NCBI GenBank assembly: GCA_002269645.1 | Contig: NIVC01003483.1 | Coordinates: forward strand, 1-63,028 | From: Macrostomum lignano | Taxonomy: Eukaryota | Direction of reading: 5' to 3' | DNA: 63,028 nt | In this document: positions 15,070 to 26,600 of the stretch, piece after piece | How the letters are laid out: each line of letters starts with the position of its first letter | Numbering within the stretch: the stretch's first letter is position 1 | Made by a program: the position numbers and the translations under genes | Notes under the pieces: model-generated | Told to the model about the DNA's origin: nothing | Databases searched by the model: none | The model's input: only the letters and a program-made list of their open reading frames with translations

Positions 15070-15905
15070 GAAATGCTAGTAGAGATCGTTGCTAAGCTAG
15101 TAGAAGCCGTTGTTATGGCGTAAAAAACCGTTGCTATGCTAGTAGAACATGTTGCTATGGTGTAAAATCCGGTGCTATGGTAGTAGAACCCGTTTCTATG
15201 CTAGTAGAGCCCGCTGCTATGCTATTAGAACCCGTTGCTATGCTATTAGAACCCGTTGCTAAGCTATTAGAACCCGTTACTATGCTATTAGAACCCGTTG
15301 CTATGCTATTAGAACCAGTTGCTATGCTATTAGAACCCGTTGCTATGCTATTAGAACCCGTTGCTTGCTATTAGCAGTGGCGTAGCCAGGTGGGGTTGGG
15401 CGCGGCGGATACCAAAAACCAGGAGGCAATTGAGTGCCTGCGGCGCCGAAATAAGTGCCTGCGGCGCCAAAATGAGCACCTGCGGAGCCAAGTGGCAATG
15501 GCATGAGGCATGGCCAGCCAAACCAACCCGTCCCTCCCCCAATTGAAATTCCTGGCTACGCCACTGGCTATTAGAACCCGTTGCTATGCTATTAGAACCC
15601 GTTGCTATGCTATTAGAACCCGTTGCTATGCTATTAGAACCCGTTGCTATGCTATTAGAACCCGTTGCTATGCTATTAGAACCCGTTGCTATGCTATTAG
15701 AACCCGTTGCTATGCTATTAGAACCCGTTGCTATGCTATTAGAACCCGTTGCTATGCTATTAGAACCCGTTGCTATGCTATTAGAACCCGTTGCTATGCT
15801 ATTAGAACCCGTTGCTATGCTATTAGAACCCGTTGCTATGCTATTAGAACCCGTTGCTATGCTATTAGAACCCGTTGCTATGCTATTAGAACCCGTTGCT
15901 ATGCT
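15070..15905. repeat. 21-bp minisatellite in NCKAP1 intron 5
   Basis: Near-perfect GCTATTAGAACCCGTTGCTAT units, split by a MITE. Confidence 0.96.
15375..15566. mobile_element. hAT-type MITE (192 bp)
   Basis: Perfect 16-bp TIRs CAGTGGCGTAGCCAGG / CCTGGCTACGCCACTG and an 8-bp TSD GCTATTAG (15367-15374 and 15567-15574). Confidence 0.9.
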
Positions 15906-15979
15906 ATGTTAATAGCATACAGAATAGTATTGAAAATTAAAATTCACCCCAAGCGGGCTAATTAAAAGTACACGCTCAC

Positions 15980-16508
15980 CTTGACTTTTCTTGCCGGCAT
16001 TAGGCGCAGGCAGCGGCATCATTTTAATGGCGGCCATTTTCGGCAGCAGCCGATAGCTCAGCTGAGTCTGCTCCTCAAACACGCATATTACTAATTGAAT
16101 AATCTCGTGACAGATATTGCGAACAAAGGAGAGAGCCCGTTCGAAAGCTCGCTCGGAAACTAGGGCGGTCTCCTCCGGGCAGAGCGGGTGGGTCAGCGTG
16201 GTGTAGTGAGTGCAGATCTGGGGGAACACGGTGATGTACCTGTGCTGAGCCGGGAATTCGATGTTCAAATTGAACATTTGAATTAGGAAATCGTCGTAGA
16301 AGAAGAACAGATGCAGCGACGAAGTCTCGGCCAGGACGCCGTCCAGATCGTCGATGAGGCGAGTGTGAAAAGCGGCGCTGTTCATATGCTTGGCGAACGG
16401 GTCGCACTCGCGGATGCTGGGCACCCCGCTGCTGGAACTGAGCTTGGCCTGAAGGCGGAGCCAATCGATGCGGACGTCCGACAGTTGGATTGGCTCTTTG
16501 TCTTCGAC
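15980..16508 (-). CDS. NCKAP1: NCKAP1 exon 5
   Basis: Acceptor cgccag|GTC. Translation VEDKEP..RIDWLRLQA..MN..FHTRLID.LD.VL.ETSSL..FFFY..FPQICTH..HPLCPEE. Donor G|gtgagc. Confidence 0.9.
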
Positions 16509-16589
16509 CTGGCGATGAAGGGGGGACAGATGGAGAAGGAAGTGAATGTTTTTTGAGCATTCAATCTAAGGTTCAATTGTTATGCAGCT

Positions 16590-17040
16590 AGGATTGGCTG
16601 CTATATGGGGTGAGGATCTGCTGCTATGAAGTAAGGACCTGTTGCTATGGAGCAACAATCTGTTGCTATGGTGTAAGGATCTGCTGCTATGGATTAAGGA
16701 CCTGTTGCTATGGAGCAACAATCTGTTGTTATGGTGTAAGGATCTGTTGCTATGGCGTAAGGAGCTGTTGCTATGGGGTAAGGAGCTGGAGCTGTTGCTA
16801 TGGGGTAAGGATTTATTGATATTCGGTAAGGATCAGTTGCTATGGCGTAAGAATATGTTGCCATGGTACAAGGAACTGTTGCTATGGAGTAAGGACTTGT
16901 TGCTATGGCGTAAAGACCGGTTGCTATGGCGTAAGGACCCGTTGCTAAGGTGTAAGGACCAGTTGCTAAGGTGTAAGGACCAGTTGCTAAGGTGTAAGGA
17001 CCCGTTGCTAAGGTGTAAGGATCTGTTTCTATGGCACAAT
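16590..17040. repeat. 21-bp minisatellite in NCKAP1 intron 4
   Basis: GTAAGGACCTGTTGCTATGGC-type units. Confidence 0.93.
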
Positions 17041-17192
17041 GACTGTTACCATGATGCTAACTGCCACGTTCCTATGTTTAAGGGACCATTGGGCCCGAAG
17101 CTAATGCTGGTTAGAGACAAGGAACTGTTGTATGAGGACATGCTGTACACCATACAGGCTAACTATTAGATACACAAGTATTAGAATTTTAC

Positions 17193-17348
17193 CTGTTTCA
17201 CGGTGAGACTACTCAATTTCTGCAGCACATCCGACAGCATTGATGCGTCCTCCTCCATCAGGGTGCTCCCCAAGGCGCCTTTCAGTTCGCGTTCGAGCAG
17301 CACGCTGTCCCAGTTGATCAGAGTTTGCACGTTGAATCGTTGAATCAC
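17193..17348 (-). CDS. NCKAP1: NCKAP1 exon 4
   Basis: Acceptor ccaaag|GTG. Translation VIQRFNVQTLINWDSVLL..LSSLTVKQ. Donor CAG|gtaaaa. Not in the ORF track, read manually. Confidence 0.82.
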
Positions 17349-17354
17349 CTTTGG

Positions 17355-17725
17355 AGAAACAGACGAATCTCATTATAACAAAACACACGAGTCTCATTAT
17401 AACAAAACACACGAGTCTCATTATAACAAAACAGACAAACAGCATTATAACAAAACAGACAAACAGCATTATAACAAAACAGACAAACAGCATTATAACA
17501 AAAAAGACAAATCTCATCATAACAAAACAGACGAATCTCACTATAGCAAAACAGACAAATCCCATTATAACAAAACAGACGAATCTCATAATAACAAAAC
17601 AGACGAATCTCATTATAACAAAACAGACGAATCTCACTATAACAAAACAGACAAATCCCATTATAACAAAACAGACGAATCTCACTATAACAAAAGACAA
17701 ATCTCATCATAACAAAACAGACAAG
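17355..17725. repeat. 24-bp minisatellite filling NCKAP1 intron 3
   Basis: AACAAAACAGACGAATCTCATTAT units between the donor and acceptor. Confidence 0.94.
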
Positions 17726-17737
17726 TCCCAGTCTCAC

Positions 17738-18142
17738 CTGGTGATACTTCCTAACCAGCTGCCTCAGCTCCTCCATGTGATAGATGAACTCAGGCAGGAA
17801 CCTGTCCTGCATGCTGTCACCAGCATTCTGTCCGGCCTTCTGACGCAACTTGCCCGCTCCCGACGGGTGAACACCGTGACGAAGAAACCAGAGAACCTCG
17901 TCGCGACAATAGGACAGCGTCATCAACAGGTAGAGCACCTTGGGACCCAGCAGGCCAGGCTGATCAGAGAATATCAGGCAGAGCTCTTTGAGTATGTTTC
18001 GCAAATATTTCCGGCGCTCCCTGTGCACCTCGGGTCCCTGCTGGCAGACCTGCGTGTGCCACTCCTTCACTTCGTTCACTCGACGACTGTAGTTGCGAAT
18101 TGTGTCAAAGAAGCTGATGATGAAGCTGTGAGTCTGGATCAC
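17738..18142 (-). CDS. NCKAP1: NCKAP1 exon 3
   Basis: HRERRKYLR..LKEL..I.SDQPGLLGPK..L..RDEV.W..RH..D..LPE.IYHMEELR.LVRKY matches NCKAP1. Confidence 0.93.
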
Positions 18143-18199
18143 CTGGAATTTGATGCGGGATTTTAAAATAGCTAGATTTGAAGAAGCATTTTATTTGCT

Positions 18200-18620
18200 A
18201 TTATGGGGATTGGGAATCTTACGTTTTACATGTTTTTGATTGAGGTGGGATTAGGGGTATTAGGATGGGGATTTGGGGTATTATGATTAGGATTTGGGGT
18301 AGTATGATTTGGATTTGGGGTATTATGATTGGGGATTTGGGGTATTATGATTGGGATTTAGGGTATTGTGATTGGGATTTGGGGTATTGTGATTGGGATT
18401 TGGGGTATTATGATTGGGATTTGGGGTATTATGATTGGGATTTGGGGTATTATGATTGGGATTTAGGGTATTGTGATTGGGATTTGGGGTATTATGATTG
18501 GGATTTAGGGTATTGTGATTGGGATTTGGGGTATTATGATTGGGGATTGGGGTATTTATTGGGATTTGGGGTATTATGATTGGGGATTGGGGTATTATAA
18601 TTGGGATTTGGGTTATTAAA
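18200..18620. repeat. 21-bp G/T-rich minisatellite in NCKAP1 intron 2
   Basis: GGGATTTGGGGTATTATGATT units. Confidence 0.93.
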
Positions 18621-18732
18621 ATGGGAATGTTGGGTTTTAACGATTGGCATTTTTGTGATAGAGAACTCCTTTAAATATTAATTGGAGTAATGACAGTGGA
18701 ATTCCATCATAATTCTATAATCCAATGCAAAC

Positions 18733-19122
18733 CTGATCTCTATAGAGCGGCAGGACCCAGCTAGAAAGCAGGGCCTGTTTCCACAGATTGAACGGCTCCT
18801 CATCATTGAGCTGCGGGTGGATCACAACGAAACCCAGCACTAGCCAGCGCTCCAGCCGCTCCTGACTGACAACCTCCAGAGCCAAGATGTCGGAGGACAG
18901 AGCGTTAACCAGCGAGCTGGGCTCTTTCAGCAGCGACAGAAATTGCACAGCGCGCCAGTTCTCCGCGCGTAGAAAGCGCCGACTGCAGATGCCGCGAAGC
19001 GACATCAGCGCCGGGCAGAGCAGGCGCGAGTGAGGAACGAACTCGTCTTGCAAGCGGCGCATCGTGTGGGTTGGCTGGTCATAGTCCAGCATGAGCTGCG
19101 CCAGGCGGGGGAACTGCTTCTC
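18733..19122 (-). CDS. NCKAP1: NCKAP1 exon 2
   Basis: Acceptor ccatccag|GAG. Translation EKQFPRLAQLMLDYDQP..L.DEFVPHS..ERW..LGF..H..LWKQAL.SSW..L.RDQ. Donor CAG|gtttgc. Confidence 0.92.
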
Positions 19123-19169
19123 CTGGATGGGTTGGGGTGAGGATAAAAGGGAATTACAGGGGGAGGATT

Positions 19170-20480
19170 AGTGCAGAGTGACTCTCATGTGAGGTAAGGA
19201 TTAGTGTAGAGTGAATCTCAGGTGAGGTGAGGATCAGTGTAGAGTGACTCTCAGGTCAGGTGAGGATTAAGTGTAGAGTGATTCTCAGGTGAGGTGAGGA
19301 TTAGAGTAGAGTGACTCTCAGGTGAGGTACGGATTAGTGTAGAGTGACTCTCAGGTGAGGATTAAGTGTAGAGTGATTCTCAGGTAGGTGAGGATTAGTG
19401 TAGAGTGACTCTCAGGTGAGGATTAAGTGTAGAGTGATTCTCAGGTAGGTGAGGATTAGTGTAGAGTGACTCTCAGGTCAGGTGAGGATTAAGTGTAGAG
19501 TGATTCTCAGGTAGGTGAGGATTAGTGTAGAGTGACTCTCAGGTCAGGTGAGGATTAAGTGTAGAGTGACTCTCAGGTAGGTGAGGATCAGTGTAGAGTG
19601 ACTCTCAGGTGAGGTGAGGATCAGTGTAGAGTGACTCTCAGGTGAGGTGAGAATCAGTGTAGAGTGATTCTCAGGTAGGTGAGGATTAGTGTAGAGTGAC
19701 TCTCAGGTCAGGTGAGGATCAGTGTAGAGTGACTCTCAGGTGAGGTGAGAATCAGTGTAGAGTGATTCTCAGGTGAGGTAAGGATTAGTGTAGAGTGACT
19801 CTCAGGTGAGGTGAGGATCAGTGTAGAGTGACTCTCAGGTGAGGTGAGGATCAGTGTAGAGTGATTCTCAGGTGAGGATTAAGTGTAGAGTGATTCTCAG
19901 GTGAGGATTAAGTGTAGAGTGATTCTCAGGTGAGGTGAAGATTAGTGTAGAGTGACTCTCAGGTGAGGATTAAGTGTAGAGTGATTCTCAGGTGAGGATT
20001 AAGTGTAGAGTGATTCTCAGGTGAGGTGAAGATTAGTGTAGAGTGACTCTCAGGTGAGGATTAGTGTAGAGTGATTCTCAGGTGAGGTGAGGATTAGTGT
20101 AGAGTGACTCTCAGGTGAGGTGAGGATCAGTGTAGAGTGACTCTCAGGTGAGGATTAAGTGTAGAGTGATTCTCAGGTGAGGTGAAGATTAGTGTAGAGT
20201 GATTCTCAGGTGGCTGAGGATTAGTGTAGAGTGACTCTCAGGTGAGGTGAAGATTAGTGTAGAGTGATTCTCAGGTGGCTGAGGATTAGTGTAGAGTGAC
20301 TCTCAGGTGAGGATTAGAGCAGAGTGACTCTCAGGTGAGGATTAGAGCAGAGTGACTCTCAGGTGAGCATTAGTGTAGAGTGACTCTCAGGTGAGGATTG
20401 GTGTAGAGTGACTTATAGGTTAGGATTAGTGTAGAGTGACTCTCAGGTGGGTGAGGATTAGTGTAAAGTGATTCTCAGAG
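19170..20480. repeat. 28-33 bp minisatellite filling NCKAP1 intron 1
   Basis: GTGTAGAGTGACTCTCAGGTGAGG(TGAGG)ATTA units over about 1.3 kb. Confidence 0.95.
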
Positions 20481-20521
20481 GTGTGCCTACTCGTAGCTCA
20501 GAACCTTTCACCTGCACTTAC

Positions 20522-21022
20522 CTGAGCTCCAGTCTTAGACTCCAGACACAGTACATAGATAGCCACTAATAATTTCTTATCTTCAAACTGGCTAAACATA
20601 ATCATAGTGGCAATATAATTAGCCACCAGATCTAGATACTGGAAGGTCATCTCAGTGTTCAACTCGGCATTCAGATGAATACCACTGGCATCCATCCTAG
20701 TTAGCAGTTCAGAAATGTGATCCTTCACGTCAAGGATGTCGAGAAATGCGACATAACAAATAGAGAATGTTTTAATGAAGTCTTCGCGTCGATTAACCAG
20801 TGCTGTGAGGTTTGCACTGCCGGAGCGCAGGTCGATGGTTGGAAACCGGCGCAGCAGATCTTTGCAAGCTTTGTCCAGAGTCTTCTCGGACAGCAGGTCC
20901 GACTTGTAGCGTTTTGACGCCTCCCGGACAAAGTGTAGGCGAGCCATCATACCGTTGAGTCGATCATTGAGGATGTAAAGCTTCTCGCCAATCTTCTGTT
21001 GGCCTTGCATCATTCGAGACAT
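20522..21022 (-). CDS. NCKAP1: NCKAP1/Hem exon 1
   Basis: MSR..GQQKIGEKLYILNDR..GM.ARL..K..LLRRFP.ID..F.D.LD.KDH..ELL matches the NCKAP1 N-terminus. Donor CAG|gtaagt. Confidence 0.93.
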
Positions 21023-21224
21023 GTTGGATTATTATTATTGATATGCTGGTAAGACCGCTCCAATGATATTTCGCATGCATAGATGAGTCAGTATATTAGC
21101 AGAAAGCCGCTCAACAACCAGCATTACTCGAATATTCCGTCAAATCGAGTGAAGCTAACAATTATTCATGTATTGTCCTAGACATCCTGGTAGCCTACAG
21201 AGAACTAAAGAAACCCTGGGATCT

Positions 21225-21735
21225 CACGAAAAACCCTGGAACCTCCTGACAAGCACTGGAACCTCCTGACAAGCACTGGAACCTCCTGACAAACACTGGA
21301 ACCTCATGAGAAACTCTGGGACCTCATGAGAAATCTAGGAACCTCATGAGAAACTCTGGGACCTCATGAGAAATCTAGGAACCTCATGAGAAACTCTGGG
21401 ACCTCATGAGAAATCTAGGAACCTCATGAGAAACTCTGGGACCTCATGAGAAATCTAGGAACCTCATGAGAAACTCTGGGACCTCATGAGAAATCTAGGA
21501 ACCTCATGAGAAATTCTGGGACCTCATGAGAAATCTAGGAACCTCATGAGAAATTCTGGGACCTCATGAAAAATCTAGGAACCTAATGAGAAACTCTGGG
21601 ACCTCATGAGAAATCTAGGAACCTCATGAGAAATTCTGGGACCTCATGAGAAATCTAGGAACCTCATGAGAAACTCTGGGACCTCATGAGAAATCTAGGA
21701 ACCTCATGAGAAACTCTGGGACCTCATGAGAAACC
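21225..21735. repeat. 20-bp minisatellite arranged as a 40-bp A/B dimer
   Basis: ACCTCATGAGAAACTCTGGG alternates with ACCTCATGAGAAATCTAGGA. Confidence 0.93.
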
Positions 21736-22339
21736 CCTTACTTAGGAGACCACTTAACAAACCACAGAACATCTGAATTGAAACATTGAAACATACAAAT
21801 AAAATGAAAAAAGTTGAAAAAAGTTCATGGATTCACTGCCACACTACTTTAAATAGCATTTTTTACACTTAATAACCAAACTATGCAAATTAAAAGCAAG
21901 TTACTCTGATAAGACACACACGCACCATAAGGCAACCATAACCAGAAATAATTTACACATTACCCACATAAATATCAAACCGAACTTTTATACGCTAAAT
22001 TTAATTTAGCCAAAACTGCATAAGCGGAGTGTAGAAATCTAGAGGGGTTAATACACAGTGTACGAATGTGCACAAGATGAAACAGTCTTGTACACGCGCG
22101 TAGAAAGGAGAGATGCTTTAACGGAAGATTTTGCAGTGGTACCAAACAACACTAACGGAGACAATTTCTTCTGCTACAAAGAAGCAAATGAAATTTGGTG
22201 TTGCAGAATTTTGTCAGACAAATACTTTTCAATTCTAACTCAATAAATAACTAAACTGACCAGAAATATTGGAGAATCCTTTATGGTTAGTCTACAAAAT
22301 ACCTAATTAAAAAGACACATTTAACTAATAGTGCGCGGG

Positions 22340-22990
22340 GTCTCTTAGGTAGTGTCAGGGTCTCTTGAGTAGTATTAGGGTCTCTTAAGTAGTGTCACAG
22401 GATCTATTGAGTGTGTCAGGGTCTCTTAAGTAGTGTCACAGGATCTATTGAGTGTGTCAGGGTCTCTTAAGTAGTGTCACAGGATCTATTGAGTAGTGTC
22501 AGGGTCTATTGAGTAGTGTCAGGGTCTCTTGAGTAGTGTCAGAGTCTATTGAGTAGTGTCAGGGTCTATTGAGTAGTGTTAGGATCTATTGAGTAGTGTC
22601 AGGGTCTCTTGAGTAGTGTCAGGGTCTCTTGAGTAGTGTCAGAGTCTATTGAGTAGTGTCAGGGTCTATTGAGTAGTGTCAGGGTCTCTTGAGTAGTGTC
22701 AGGGTCTATTGAGTAGTGTTAGGATCTATTGAGTAGTGTCAGGGTCTCTTGAGTAGTGTCAGGGTCTCTTGAGTAGTGTCAGGGTCTATTGAGTAGTGTC
22801 AGGGTCTCTTGAGTAGTGTCAGGGTCTCTTGAGTAGTGTCAGGGTCTCTTGAGTAGTGTCAGGGTCTCTTGAGTAGTGTTGGTGTCTCTTGAGTAGTGTC
22901 AGGGTCTCTTGAGTAGTGTCAGGCTCTATTGAGTAGTGTTGGGGTCTCTTGAGTAGTGTCAGGATCTATTGAGTAGTGTCAGGATGCTAT
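22340..22990. repeat. 20-bp minisatellite
   Basis: GAGTAGTGTCAGGGTCT(C/A)TT units. Confidence 0.95.
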
Positions 22991-23869
22991 GAGTCACTAA
23001 GTAAATTTACGAGTCATTCTGAATTATATAAATTGACTAAATGTTAAACCATACAATAATACACAACTGAAAATAATTAAAACAAAGTCCACAAAATTAA
23101 CAAGAAGAAATTTCTACGCCATTTACAGTTTGCCAGCGAAGCAAATTTTATTAATATATAACAAATAGGCCTCAGCTTTGCAAACAATGTAACTCCATTT
23201 TTTGCGTTAGAAAAATCTTCTTTTAAAAAAAATATTATTCAACTTTTTTATTGAGGCAATAAGATGGATTAACGAAGACGCATATCGCTTGCAATGTAAT
23301 TACCTGTAACTGCAAGTGTTAATTTGACATTTCGATTAGATTTAATAATAATAGTAATAATAATAATAGTATTAAGATAAAAGCTAAAAAACTAATTACA
23401 TTAATCATCGTTAATTATCGATAAAACTGTTATTAATTATAGTTATTAGCCAACTGTAAAAGCAAGTTTAAGACGCAAACGATTCAAAAAAATTAATGTA
23501 TATTAATAAAACAAAATGGAGAAATTATTTAGTCTAAAAACACAAGTCAAGCTGTGGTTTATTAAATAATATAATTAACTTATAACTGCTGCAAAATCTA
23601 GAGAATGTAGTTAATTAAAAGGTGCGCGGATGTACTCTATTGCTAATACAGAACAAAATGTTTTTGTTAGAACTGAATAAACTAACCTTAGTTAAAATCG
23701 AATCAAGCACTGCGCAGTTTAAATAAATCCCTATAAATAGTCTTTCATTTTATTTTGTTATTACTATAAATTTAAAAAAAAAATAAATCTACAGTCTTTG
23801 TGCTTTTCTGATGCGTATCTGATTGAATTTTTTTCGCCTGATTTATAAGAAACCAGTCGGGTAGGACCT

Positions 23870-24710
23870 TCTTCTAAGAAACGGGTCACATCCGACCACC
23901 AATTTCTAAGAAACGGGTCACATCCGACCACCAATTTCTAAGAAACGGGTCACATCCGACCACCAATTTCTAAGAAACGGGTCACATCCGACCACCAATT
24001 TCTAAGAAACGGGTCACATCCGACCACCAATTTCTAAGAAACGGGTCACATCCGACCACCAATTTCTAAGAAACGGGTCACATCCGACCACCAATTTCTA
24101 AAAAACGGGTCACATCCGACTATCCATGTCTACGTCTGGTTACGTCTGACCCTCCATTTCTACGAAACCAGCTAGCTCTGACCTTCTATTTCGAAGAAAC
24201 AAGCTAGCTCTGACCTATTTCTAAGAAACCAGCTAGCTCTGACTCTCTATTTCTAAGAAACCAGCTAGATCCGACCTTCTATTTCTAAGAAACAGCTAGC
24301 TCTGACCCTCTTTTTCTAAGAAACCAACTAGATCTGACTCTCTATTTCTAAGAAACAGCTAGCTCTGACCCTCTATTTCTAAGAAACCAACTAGATCTGA
24401 TCTTCTATTTCTAAGAAACAGCTAGCTCTGACCCTCTATTTCTAAGAAACCGGCTAGGTCTATCCCTCTATTTCTAAGAAACCAGCTAGCTCTGACCTTC
24501 CATTTCTAAGAAACCAGCTAGATCTGACCTTATATTTCTAAAAAACCAGCTAGCTCTGACCCTCTTTTTCTAAGAAACCGGCTGGGTCTATCCCTCTATT
24601 TTTTAAGAAACTGACTAGACATGACCCTCCAATTCTAAGAAACCAGTTAGGTACGTTTGACACTCCATTTCTAAGAAACCGATAAGATCTGATTGTTGTT
24701 TCTAAGAAAC
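23870..24710. repeat. 32-bp minisatellite with two sub-arrays
   Basis: About 8 near-perfect TTCTAAGAAACGGGTCACATCCGACCACCAAT units grade into CTAAGAAACCAGCTAGCTCTGACCCTCTATTT variants. Confidence 0.93.
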
Positions 24711-24865
24711 CGATCCAACTTTAGTCAGGATTTCTCTTAACATAAAATCATTAAAGTCTTTAAAAACTTCGAATTTCAATAGTCCAAAATTTGAAAAAAA
24801 ACATTTAATTAAAAGTTCTTCATCAAGGTTGGACTCTGAGTCACACGTGTGTCAACTCTCGTACC

Positions 24866-25360
24866 TCATTTAGCGATATCAACGCCGTTGGAGTTGGCCA
24901 ACCAGCTGTCCTTGCTTAGTTCGACATTTTTCCAATTGTCCAGAAGCAGAGCAGACAATGGCTGCTGCTGCTGTTGCGGCTTTTGCTCCTTCTGCTCCTG
25001 CGACAAAGTCGGCTGACTAACAATCATCGATTGCAGCTTCTGCTTCAACTCGGACTCCGGTTGAATTTGAGAAGCCGGCTTTGGCGCCTGAAACATTGGC
25101 AGCGGCAGTTGCAGCAGTTGCTGCTGCTGGTGGTTCAACTGCTGCTTGGATTTCGGCTGGCACCGATTCAGCCAGCGATCGTTGCTGCCCTCCAGCTCTT
25201 GGCGAATCTTCGCTTCGCTGGATTCCTCGTCGGCCAGGCCCTGGAAGCAGCCGCCGTCGCACAGACAGTCAGAGCGGCTCTGGCACGGCTCGTTCGCTTT
25301 GCACACGTAGTTTATCAGCCAGCGGGTCTTGTCCTCGTCTATGGAGCCGGCGCTCAGGAC
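24866..25360 (-). CDS. NCOA4: NCOA4-like exon 3 (Cys motif)
   Basis: Acceptor ctgcag|GTC. The motif CKANEPCQSRSDCLCDGGC resembles vertebrate NCOA4 CRANEPCTSFAECVCDENC, and W-L motifs recur. Confidence 0.75.
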   Translation of the reverse strand, partial: VLSAGSIDEDKTRWLINYVCKANEPCQSRSDCLCDGGCFQGLADEESSEAKIRQELEGSNDRWLNRCQPKSKQQLNHQQQQLLQLPLPMFQAPKPASQIQPESELKQKLQSMIVSQPTLSQEQKEQKPQQQQQPLSALLLDNWKNVELSKDSWLANSNGVDIAK

Positions 25361-25403
25361 CTGCAGTGCGGCATGGTGAGAAGGATGGCCATAAACTCAT
25401 TTC

Positions 25404-25435
<32 letters not shown>

Positions 25436-25921
25436 CTCAAAGCTGTCAGCCAGTGAGGCGGCAGCATTGACAGCAGTGCCGCTGCCAGAGCCGCCAAGGC
25501 TGCTGCCGCTGCTGCTGCCGCAGCCACTGGCAGACCCGAGCTTCAGCGGAGTACGCGGCAGTCGAACCAGATAGGATCCCTGCTGCTGCTGCTGCTCCTG
25601 TTGAAGCATCATCAGGCGGCTCTGTCCGCCGCCTCCGCCGCCGCCAGACGCCAGACTCTTGTGCTCCCAGCCTTCGTCCTCTTTATCGTCGTATTCCTCA
25701 ACCGGCCCAGGCAGCGACGGCGTGGCGCTGCTGAAACTCGACGGCGACTGAGCATAGCCGCACACGATCCGGCCGTACTGGCTGATGGACTCGTGCATCG
25801 CGGCGCTCTCGGCTGTGAATGAGATCAGGGGCGGCTCGGCTGGCATCAGAGGCAGCTGGAGAGTCTGCTGAGATGTCAGAGTCTTCTGCAGGCAGCGCTC
25901 CTGACGCCGGAGCTGGTCAAC
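25436..25921 (-). CDS. NCOA4: NCOA4-like exon 2
   Basis: Acceptor caaccag|GTT. Translation VDQLRRQERCLQKTL..ISFTA..I.QYG.I continues the ARA70 domain. Donor GAG|gtctgt opens a short (GTCT)n intron. Confidence 0.7.
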
Positions 25922-26097
25922 CTGGTTGAGGGGGGGGGGGGGTTTCAATGGCAAATCAATATAAGTTATAGGAGCTAGGTTAAAACGGCCCTTTTTAGGA
26001 CAGAGCTGCTCACTGTATAAACGTTAATTAACATCTCCCAATGCTTTGCTCCCCACCCCACCTTGTAATTCGTTGTGGAAAGCAATAATTTTTGTTT

Positions 26098-26486
26098 CAG
26101 GGAGCTAAAATGACTGCCTGTGGCGCTAAAATGAGTGCCTTGGGCGCTAGAATGAGTGCCTTGGGCGCTAAAATGAGTGCCTTGGGCGCTAAAATGAGTG
26201 CCTGTGGCGCTAAAATGAGTGCCTTGGGCGCTAAAATGACTGCCTGTGGCGCTAAAATGAGTGCCTGTGGCGCTAAAATGACTGCCTGTGGCGCTAAAAT
26301 GAGTGCCTGTGGCGCTAAAATGAGTGCCTGTGGCGCTAAAATGAGTGCCTTGGGTGCTAAAATGAGCGCTGACTACATCGATTCTGAGAATAATGTACAT
26401 GTAGGAATTTAGTCATGTACATCTACATGCAGAATTGTTGGCGCTTTGTCCCCTCCCCCACCATAAAATCCATGGCGACGCCCCTG
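26098..26486. mobile_element. hAT-MITE-like remnant with expanded 21-bp internal array
   Basis: GAGTGCCTGTGGCGCTAAAAT array at about 26105-26365 and a right TIR-like end CATGGCGACGCCCCTG. No left TIR or TSD found. Confidence 0.5.
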
Positions 26487-26600
26487 GGCCGTACACTCCT
26501 GTGTGAGTGGTGCCTGTGCATATGACTGGATACGTATCTACACTATCTACTATGAATGGGCAATAATGCCACTCGCCAGTTGTGTGACACTGTGACTCAC

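Noticed and set aside
15570-24110. CRISPR-like arrays
   Set aside because: The units are head-to-tail with no unique spacers, there are no cas genes, and the context is eukaryotic.
25771-26494. GGCCGTAC as an 8-bp TSD bracketing the hAT-like remnant
   Set aside because: The left copy lies inside NCOA4 exon 2 and is not followed by a TIR, so it is treated as chance.
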